A stretch of DNA of 64,000 nucleotides, from NCBI GenBank assembly GCA_032123675.1, contig JAQBEX010000086.1, forward strand, positions 4,713 through 68,712, in the 5' to 3' direction. This DNA comes from Actinomycetes bacterium (GTDB lineage Bacteria > Actinomycetota > Actinomycetes > S36-B12 > CAIYMF01). Under the pieces are notes generated by a model. That model saw only the letters and a list, made by a program, of their open reading frames with translations, ran no database searches and had not been told where the DNA came from. A program made the translations under genes and the position numbers. Positions 57,480 to 64,000 of the stretch are shown here, piece after piece. Each line of letters begins with the position of its first letter. Positions within the stretch are counted from its first letter, which is position 1.

Positions 57480-58288
57480 GCGGGGCCGTGCTTGATGGCA
57501 GGGTGCGCGCCGGCTGTGACCAGGTCATGGACCGCCTGTCGGGGGTCCCCACCGGTCACCAGGGCCTCGCCGACGAGGACGGCGTCCGCACCGGCGTTGG
57601 CATAGGAGATCAGGTCACGCGGGCCACGGACCCCGCTCTCGGCCACGCGCACCACGGTGGCGGGGATGAAGGGCGCCACGCGGGAGAAGTGGTCGCGATC
57701 CACCGTGAGCGTGCGCAGGTCGCGGACGTTCACGCCGATCACCTGCGCCCCGGCGTCCAGCGCTCGCGGGATCTCATCGGCGTCATGGACCTCGACCAGG
57801 ACCGTGAGCCCGATGGAGCGGGCGCGCTCATGCAGCGAGATGAGAGCGTCCTGGCTCAGGGCTGCGACGATCAGCAGCACGATATCGGCACCCGCCGCAC
57901 GCGCCTCCCAGAGCTGGTAGCTGGACACGATGAAGTCCTTGCGCAGGACGGGGACGTCCACGGCATGACGCACCGCGACAAGGTCGTCGAGTGAACCACC
58001 GAAGCGACGGCCCTCGGTCAGCACCGAGATGGCGTGCGCCCCGCCGGCCTCATAGTCCCGGGCGAGGTCGGCCGGGTCGGTGATCTCGGCAAGCGCGCCC
58101 TTGCTCGGCGACGAGCGCTTCACCTCGGCGATCACGGTGACCTCGTCGTCTCGGCGCAGCGCAGCGACGCCGTTGCGCGGGGCGGGCGCCAACGCCGCGC
58201 GCGCCTTGAGCTCATCGAGCCCGACGCTCCTCATCCGCTCGGCGACATCGGCACGCACACCGACGAGGATGTCGTCCAGAACCGTCAT
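57476..58288 (-). CDS. trpC: Indole-3-glycerol phosphate synthase
   Basis: It contains [19 protein letters not shown] and GVNVRDL. A GGGAGG SD lies upstream. Confidence 0.95.
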
Positions 58289-58409
58289 GCGTGCACCTCC
58301 CTGGTCACCTCGGCGATTCTGGTCAGAGCGTACGCAGTGACCTCGGCGTGCGCCGAATCGCCCCTGCGTCGGACCTCCCCCTGCGGCTCATCCCGGCTAG
58401 CCTTGCCCC

Positions 58410-58838
58410 GTGAGCGCCTCCATCGACCATGCTGCCCGTGCCGTCGGCGCGTCGCGCATGGCCGGCCCGGCAACTGCCCTGGTCGGTGTGGTCGCCGCCT
58501 GGGTGGCCGTGGCCATCGTGCGCCTGGGCGACAACGGTCCCTCCCCCTGTCCATGGCGGACCGTCACCGGCCTCGACTGCCCGTTCTGTGGCGCGACCCG
58601 GGCCGCGTCGAGCCTTGCCCACGGCGACGTGGTCGCAGCGCTGGACCACAACGCCTTCTTCGTCGTGGTCATCCTGCCGCTGGCCGTGGTGGCCTGGGGG
58701 GTCTGGGCGACCCGGTCCTGGCGCCGGCAACGGATGCCCCTGATCGCCAACCGGACCGTGCTGATCCTGATGGCAATCACTGCGGGGTGGTGGGTCCTTC
58801 GTCTGGCCGTGCCGTGGCTCGGATCGGCTGCCGGCTGA
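58410..58838 (+). CDS. DUF2752-like membrane protein
   Basis: It has a CPW...GLDCPFCGATRA Cys motif followed by hydrophobic helices. The start is uncertain (58410 or ATG 58458). Confidence 0.6.
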   Translation: MSASIDHAARAVGASRMAGPATALVGVVAAWVAVAIVRLGDNGPSPCPWRTVTGLDCPFCGATRAASSLAHGDVVAALDHNAFFVVVILPLAVVAWGVWATRSWRRQRMPLIANRTVLILMAITAGWWVLRLAVPWLGSAAG

Positions 58839-60204
58839 CGTCGTCGTCGCCGCTGCGCCACGAGTCCGGGAGCACCACCAGGAACGCCGCACCGCCCTCG
58901 GGTGCGGATCCGGCTCGGGCCTGGCCCCCGAGCCGCTGGGACAGCCTGGCCACGAGGGCAAGCCCGACCCCGGATCCGACCTTGCGCACGCCCCGGTAGC
59001 GGGCGTGCAGCTCCCCGGGCTCGAAGGCGACCGCCAGATCGTCCGCAGTGAGTCCCGGTCCCCCATCGCGAACCTCGACCAGGAACTGCCCCGTGGCCGG
59101 CCCGGCGCAGACGCGCAGCACGACCGGGGCGCCCGCACCGGTCACCCGCAGGGCGTTCTCCATCAGGTTGTCAATGATCTGGCGGACCCGCACCGGATCG
59201 GTGCGGACCGGGTGCGGGGTGCGGCTGACCTCGTCGACCAGGCGAACGCCGGCACGTCCGGCCCGGTCGGACCAGACTGCTGCGGCCTCAGCCCCCAGCT
59301 CGGCCAGATCGAGGTCGACCGGCTCGACCGTCACGTCGACCGCCCCCAGCCGGGCCAGGTCCAGCAGGTCGGCCACCAGCCGATCGAGGTGATCGGCCTC
59401 AGCACGGACCACCCCAGCCACGGCCGGGACATCCTCCGCTGGCACGACACCATCTGCGAGGGCCTCGGCATAGCCCTTCACGGAGGTCAGCGGGGTGCGC
59501 AGCTCGTGGGAGACGGTCAGGAAGAACTCCCGCTGCCGGCCCTCGCTGTCGTTCAGCGCCTCCGAGAGCCGGTTGAGTGCGATCCCGATGTCGGCGACTT
59601 CGCTGGGACCCTCCGGATCGATCCGGACGTCGCGCTGTCCCGAGGTCATGGCGTTCGCCGCCGCTGCAGCCTGCGCCAGCGGTCGGGTGATCCGGCGGGC
59701 CAACCAGTACCCGACGACCGCAGCGACGGTCAGCCCGAGCAGCAGTGCCAGCAGGAGCCTGGTCAGTGCCGGGCTGCTCACGTCCCGGGCCACTGCGGCT
59801 GGCTGCACGAGCAGGACCCCGACATCCTCGGACACGGGGCGACCCTCGATGTAGGACGACCCGGACAGCGAGGTCCGCTTGTCGCTGACCTCGGCGCCGC
59901 GGGTGACCAGGGCCACGTCAGCGCTGGTCATCGGCGGATCGACCTGGGAAAGCGGGCCCACCAGGTAGGCGGTGACCTGCTGCGGGGCGAGCAGCGCCTC
60001 AGCCCGGCCGAAACCCCCTCCACGTTGGCCACGTGAGAGCAGCTCCGCGGTGAGGTCGGCCGTGCGCGACAACGTGCTGCGGGCCGTGGTGTCGGCTGCG
60101 GAGGTGATCAGCGGCCACGCCACCAACGCCGCGATCAGGACGGCGATCGCGGCCACCCCCGCCATCACGAGCGGCAGCCGGCGGGAGAGGCTGGTCCGGC
60201 TCAT
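58777..60204 (-). CDS. Sensor histidine kinase (TM-HAMP-HisKA-HATPase)
   Basis: The H-box is FFLTVSHELRTPLTSV, and a HATPase G-box region is present. Its start overlaps the response regulator stop by 4 nt. The C-terminal tail overlaps the DUF2752 gene by 62 nt (convergent). Confidence 0.85.
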   Translation of the reverse strand: MSRTSLSRRLPLVMAGVAAIAVLIAALVAWPLITSAADTTARSTLSRTADLTAELLSRGQRGGGFGRAEALLAPQQVTAYLVGPLSQVDPPMTSADVALVTRGAEVSDKRTSLSGSSYIEGRPVSEDVGVLLVQPAAVARDVSSPALTRLLLALLLGLTVAAVVGYWLARRITRPLAQAAAAANAMTSGQRDVRIDPEGPSEVADIGIALNRLSEALNDSEGRQREFFLTVSHELRTPLTSVKGYAEALADGVVPAEDVPAVAGVVRAEADHLDRLVADLLDLARLGAVDVTVEPVDLDLAELGAEAAAVWSDRAGRAGVRLVDEVSRTPHPVRTDPVRVRQIIDNLMENALRVTGAGAPVVLRVCAGPATGQFLVEVRDGGPGLTADDLAVAFEPGELHARYRGVRKVGSGVGLALVARLSQRLGGQARAGSAPEGGAAFLVVLPDSWRSGDDDVSRQPIRATARPDEGPTTPQ

Positions 60205-60890
60205 TCCTCGTCGGCGCTGTACCCCACGCCACGGACTGTCCTGATGGGGCTGGCTGGCCCGAGCTTGGCCCGCACCTGCGCCACGTGGACGTCGACCGTG
60301 CGGGTCCCGGCCGCCGCCGAGTAGCCCCAGACCGCCGACAGCAGCTGATCGCGGGTCACGACCCGGCCCGGCCGGGCCATCAGGTATGCGAGCAGGTCGA
60401 ACTCGGTGGCTGTGAGGTCGATCGGCTCGCCGGACACCGTCACCCGGCGGCGCCCACGGTTCAACTCGAGGGGTCCGAGCACCAGCGAGCGCTCCTCGTC
60501 CTCGATCGGCCCGCCGGTTCGGCGCAGCACGGCCTTGACCCGCGCCACGACCTCGCGTGGGCTGAAGGGCTTGGTGATGTAGTCATCGCCGCCCATCTCC
60601 AGCCCGAGCACGCGGTCGATCTCGTCATCGCGGGCGGTGCAGAACAGGATCGGCACGGAGTCGCCCTCGGCACGCAGCGAGCGGCACACCTCCGTGCCGT
60701 CCATCCCCGGGAGCCCCACGTCCAGGATCATGGCCACCGGGCGCAGCCGGCGCGCCGCAGCCAACGCGTCCGGACCGGTCAGGACCACGTGCACGCCGAA
60801 GCCGTCGCGGCGCAGGTACATCCCCAGCAGGTCCGCAATGGGTCGTTCATCCTCCGCGACGAGTACCAGCCCTCGGGTCTCGACGCTCAT
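60201..60890 (-). CDS. OmpR/PhoB-family response regulator
   Basis: The receiver domain (VLVAEDE...ILDVGLPGMDG...KPF) is followed by a winged-helix output domain (RTVDVHVAQVRAKL). Confidence 0.92.
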   Translation of the reverse strand: MSVETRGLVLVAEDERPIADLLGMYLRRDGFGVHVVLTGPDALAAARRLRPVAMILDVGLPGMDGTEVCRSLRAEGDSVPILFCTARDDEIDRVLGLEMGGDDYITKPFSPREVVARVKAVLRRTGGPIEDEERSLVLGPLELNRGRRRVTVSGEPIDLTATEFDLLAYLMARPGRVVTRDQLLSAVWGYSAAAGTRTVDVHVAQVRAKLGPASPIRTVRGVGYSADEE

Positions 60891-60948
60891 GGTCGCCCAT
60901 CCTCCACGTGGTCAGTACGGAGCTGATCGATGCAACGTTCGGATCAGA

Positions 60949-61152
60949 TCAGGCCGGGTCGGAGTTCGACTCCATGCCGGCCATGACCTTCCAGACGACC
61001 ATGCCGACGACGACGAGCGCCACGCCGCCCCAGAACATGAGCGGCTGGGCCAGGACCACGCCGAGGGTGCCGACGAAGAAGGCGATCATCATGATGGTCG
61101 CGCCAGTCCAGTTTGCCGGGGTCCGCCCGTGGTTGTCGTGCTCGCTGCTCAT
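60949..61152 (-). CDS. Small membrane protein, HGxxPAAW-like
   Basis: 67 aa reading MSSEHDNHGRTPANWTG, followed by two hydrophobic helices. A GAGGAG SD lies upstream, and the ATG is 15 nt after the trpE stop. Confidence 0.6.
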   Translation of the reverse strand: MSSEHDNHGRTPANWTGATIMMIAFFVGTLGVVLAQPLMFWGGVALVVVGMVVWKVMAGMESNSDPA

Positions 61153-61167
61153 GGAACTCCTCGCTCG

Positions 61168-62739
61168 TCAGTGTGGCGCCATTGTGGCACCCGCAGGGCC
61201 TGCAGGACGCAGCCCCTCGGCCATTGTGATCGCGGCGAGCACCGCCGCGGCCTTGTTCCGGCACTCCTCATACTCGGTCTGCGGCACTGAGTCGGCGACC
61301 AGACCGGCCCCGGCCTGCACGTGGGCGACCCCGGAGCGCAGGACCGCTGTGCGGATCGCGATCGCGGCGTCCATGTTCCCGGCGAAGTCCAGGTAGCCGA
61401 CCGCCCCGCCGTACAGGCCACGCCGCGACGGTTCCAGGTCATCGATGATCTCCATCGCCCGCGGCTTCGGCGCCCCTGACAGGGTCCCGGCCGGGAAGGT
61501 GGCGGCCAACAGGTCGTAGGCGGTGCGCCCCACGGCCAGCCGGCCGGTCACGGTGGAGACGATGTGCATGACGTGGGAGTACTTCTCGATCGACATGAAG
61601 TCCACGACCTCGACCGTGCCGGGAGCACAGACCCGCCCGAGGTCGTTGCGGCCGAGGTCGACGAGCATCAGGTGCTCGGCGCGCTCCTTCTCGTCGGCCA
61701 GCAGCTCCTCAGCCAGCACGGCATCGGCCTCCGGGGTGTCCGCTCGCGGCCGGGTCCCGGCGATCGGGTGCAGCATGGCGTGCCCATCGGTGAGCTTGAC
61801 CAGAGCCTCGGGGCTGGATCCGACCACATCGAAGGCCACGTCCTGGCCGAGGTCGGGACCCGACCCCGGCTCGGGGAACCGGAACAGGTACATGTAGGGG
61901 CTCGGGTTGTTGACCCGCAGCATCCGGTAGATGTCCAGGGCGCTGGCCGTGGTCGGCCGCTCGAAGCGTTGGGAGAGCACGATCTGGAAGGCGTCTCCGG
62001 CACGGATGTGCTCCTTGGCCGCCTCGACTCCGCGCATGTAGTCCTCGGGAAGGGTCCTGACCCGGACGTCCTCGGCATGGTCGGCCGCGCCGAGGACGGC
62101 AGCCGATGCGTCGCTGGACTGAGCCAGAGCGGTCTCCATGGCATCCAGACGCGCCACGGCCTGCGCCCACGCCTCGCCGACCCGGTGGTCGGTCGCGTCG
62201 TAGTTCACCGCATTGGCGATCAGCAGCACCGTTCCGTCCCAGTGGTCGAGCACCGCGAGATCAACGGCCAGGAGCATGGCGATCTCCGGCAGGCGCAGCT
62301 CATCGGGGTTCGCGTCGGGCAGGCGCTCCCAGCGACGGACCGCGTCGTAGCCGATCATCCCGACCAGCCCCCCGGTCAGGGGAGGCAGCTCGTCGCCGTC
62401 CAGTGCCTGGGTGTGCAGCAGCGCCAGGGTGTCGCGCATCGCCTCCAGCGGGTTTCCCTGGGTGGGGACGCCGACCGGGGCCCGGCCCCTCCAGACGGCG
62501 TGCCCGTCCACCTCGGAGAGCATGGCCGCGGCCTGGACACCGATGAACGAGTAGCGCGACCACACGCGCCCGTGCTCGGCGGACTCGAGCAGGAAGGTGC
62601 CGGGCCGCTCGGCCGCGAGCTTGCGGTAGAGACCCACCGGGGTGTCCCCGTCGGCGAGCAGGCGCCGGACGACCGGGATCACCCGCCGGGAGCGGGCCAG
62701 CTCGCGGAACTCGGGCAGGTCGGGACTGGCCTGGGTCAT
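61168..62739 (-). CDS. trpE: Anthranilate synthase component I
   Basis: Start at ATG 62739, overlapping the hisI stop (ATGA). It contains [16 protein letters not shown] and [14 protein letters not shown]. Confidence 0.93.
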   Translation of the reverse strand: MTQASPDLPEFRELARSRRVIPVVRRLLADGDTPVGLYRKLAAERPGTFLLESAEHGRVWSRYSFIGVQAAAMLSEVDGHAVWRGRAPVGVPTQGNPLEAMRDTLALLHTQALDGDELPPLTGGLVGMIGYDAVRRWERLPDANPDELRLPEIAMLLAVDLAVLDHWDGTVLLIANAVNYDATDHRVGEAWAQAVARLDAMETALAQSSDASAAVLGAADHAEDVRVRTLPEDYMRGVEAAKEHIRAGDAFQIVLSQRFERPTTASALDIYRMLRVNNPSPYMYLFRFPEPGSGPDLGQDVAFDVVGSSPEALVKLTDGHAMLHPIAGTRPRADTPEADAVLAEELLADEKERAEHLMLVDLGRNDLGRVCAPGTVEVVDFMSIEKYSHVMHIVSTVTGRLAVGRTAYDLLAATFPAGTLSGAPKPRAMEIIDDLEPSRRGLYGGAVGYLDFAGNMDAAIAIRTAVLRSGVAHVQAGAGLVADSVPQTEYEECRNKAAAVLAAITMAEGLRPAGPAGATMAPH

Positions 62740-63161
62740 GCGATCTCCACGGTGTCGAAGCAGGACGTCAGCCCGGTGTGGCAGGCGGGCCCTTCGGGCC
62801 GGACCCGCAGCAGGACCGCGTCCCCATCGCAGTCGAGCTCGATGCTGACCACGGACTGGGTGTTGCCCGAGGTCGCCCCCTTGACCCAGAGCTCCTGGCG
62901 CGAGCGCGAGTAGTAGGTGGCGATCCGCGTCTGCAGTGTGCGGGCCAATGCCGCACCGTCCATCCAGGCGACCATCAGCACCCGACCGGTGTCCGCATCC
63001 TGTGCCACTGCCGTGACCAGGGGCCGGCCGTCGGGCGCCCTGCCGGCTGGGCGCAGTCGCCCAACGATGTCCTCGGCAAGCGCGCCGCTGTCCGTGAAGT
63101 CCACGGCGACATTCTGGCCCACGCTCGCCGCCCCGGCCGGCAGCCCGAGCCGGGGGTTCAC
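62736..63161 (-). CDS. hisI: Phosphoribosyl-AMP cyclohydrolase
   Basis: It reads [20 protein letters not shown]...DCDGDAVLL...GPACHTG. The GTG start overlaps the hisF stop. Confidence 0.9.
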   Translation of the reverse strand: MNPRLGLPAGAASVGQNVAVDFTDSGALAEDIVGRLRPAGRAPDGRPLVTAVAQDADTGRVLMVAWMDGAALARTLQTRIATYYSRSRQELWVKGATSGNTQSVVSIELDCDGDAVLLRVRPEGPACHTGLTSCFDTVEIA

Positions 63162-63946
63162 AGGCGAACCGTGTGTGCGGACTCGGCCAGCGCGTCCTTG
63201 ACCTGCCCGATCGTGAGCTCCCCGAAGTGGAACACGCTCGCGGCCAGCACCGCATCAGCACCGGCGTCGACGGCCGGCGCGAAGTCGGCAAGCGCACCGG
63301 CGCCTCCACTGGCGATGACGGGGACGCGCACCTCTGCGCGCACTGCCGCGATCAGTTCCAGGTCGTAGCCGGACTTCGTCCCATCGGCGTCCATCGAGTT
63401 CAGGAGGATCTCCCCCGCGCCGAGCTCAGCAGAGCGGACGGCCCACCCGATCGCGTCGATCCCGGTCGAGCGCCGACCACCGTGCGTGGTGACCTCGAAC
63501 CCGGACTCGGTGCGGACGTCCGGGACGCCAGTGCCCGGTCCGCAGCGCCGGGCATCCAGCGAGAGCACGACGCACTGCGCGCCGAAGCGATCGGCGGCCT
63601 CGGACAGCAGCTCGGGGCGGACGATCGCTGCGGTGTTCACCCCGCACTTGTCGGCACCTGCGCGCAGGAGGGCGTCGAAGTCAGCCACTGTGCGCACCCC
63701 ACCGCCCACGGTGAGCGGGATGAAGACCTGCTCGGCCGTGCGCCGGACAACGTCATAGGTCGTCTCGCGGTCGCCGGAGGAGGCCGTGATGTCGAGGAAG
63801 GTCAACTCGTCGGCACCCTCGGCCCCATAGGCGGCGGCCAACTCGACCGGGTCCCCGGCATCGCGAAGGTCGATGAAGTTCACGCCCTTGACCACACGGC
63901 CGGCATCCACGTCCAGGCATGGGATGACTCGGACCGCGACCGACAT
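63158..63946 (-). CDS. hisF: Imidazole glycerol phosphate synthase cyclase subunit
   Basis: It reads [18 protein letters not shown]...PLTVGGGV...IASGGAG. Confidence 0.95.
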   Translation of the reverse strand: MSVAVRVIPCLDVDAGRVVKGVNFIDLRDAGDPVELAAAYGAEGADELTFLDITASSGDRETTYDVVRRTAEQVFIPLTVGGGVRTVADFDALLRAGADKCGVNTAAIVRPELLSEAADRFGAQCVVLSLDARRCGPGTGVPDVRTESGFEVTTHGGRRSTGIDAIGWAVRSAELGAGEILLNSMDADGTKSGYDLELIAAVRAEVRVPVIASGGAGALADFAPAVDAGADAVLAASVFHFGELTIGQVKDALAESAHTVRL

Positions 63947-64000
63947 GTTCCCAGCCTAATCGGCGATGGTCGCGCCCCGGAGCGGCTACCGGCGCCCGCG

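Noticed and set aside
58289-58409. Search for a Trp-codon leader peptide or attenuator upstream of trpC (and at trpE)
   Set aside because: The only small ORF here (22 codons, [22 protein letters not shown]) contains no Trp codon. The trpE start overlaps hisI, leaving no leader space.
61168-63309. 713-aa ORF as an extended trpE
   Set aside because: The TrpE homology begins at Met 62739. The upstream part overlaps hisI and hisF in other frames.

Overview
High-GC actinobacterial chromosomal core segment, almost fully coding and mostly on the minus strand. Gene order follows two conserved Streptomyces/Mycobacterium blocks. I saw no rRNA, tRNA, CRISPR array, transposase or integrase.

Content, left to right:
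- malY-like fragment, HDAC-like deacetylase, kgd plus a 56-aa trailing micro-ORF, and an MDR oxidoreductase.
- Ni-superoxide dismutase sodN with its protease sodX, a GNAT, and an anti-sigma plus SigB/F-type sigma pair.
- Lipid kinase, whiB1 and pdtaS; a SIS protein; a 24-codon bL37 ribosomal micro-gene plus a thioesterase.
- sigH-rshA-Rv3222c-like module with a GGAAT-N18-GTT promoter, and an MFS transporter.
- rsmB-fmt-def-priA-metK-coaBC-rpoZ-gmk-mihF.
- A pyrimidine operon split in two: pyrR-pyrB-pyrC-x-carA, then a 4.3 kb insert, then carB-pyrK-pyrD-pyrF.
- bldD, pyk, an AAA+/TPR-membrane gene pair, gltBD, lgt-dsbA and a divergent VKOR, trpCBA, a two-component system, and trpE-hisI-hisF.

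Most interesting observations:
1. The pyrR leader (a PyrR-binding-like stem-loop that sequesters a Shine-Dalgarno (SD) ribosome-binding site) occurs a second time directly upstream of carB. There it drives a 21-codon uORF that overlaps the carB start, exactly where a cellobiose phosphorylase / hydrolase insert has cut carB off from carA.
2. coaBC appears to need a CTG start coupled to the rpoZ stop.
3. The bL37 micro-gene is missed by the ORF track.
4. The sigH autoregulatory promoter and bldD (with intact c-di-GMP motifs and a BldD box) are recognisable.
5. PriA has degenerate ATPase motifs.
6. The translationally coupled AAA+/TPR-membrane pair is uncharacterised.

Gene starts were refined by hand from in-frame positions and SD spacing, so several remain uncertain.
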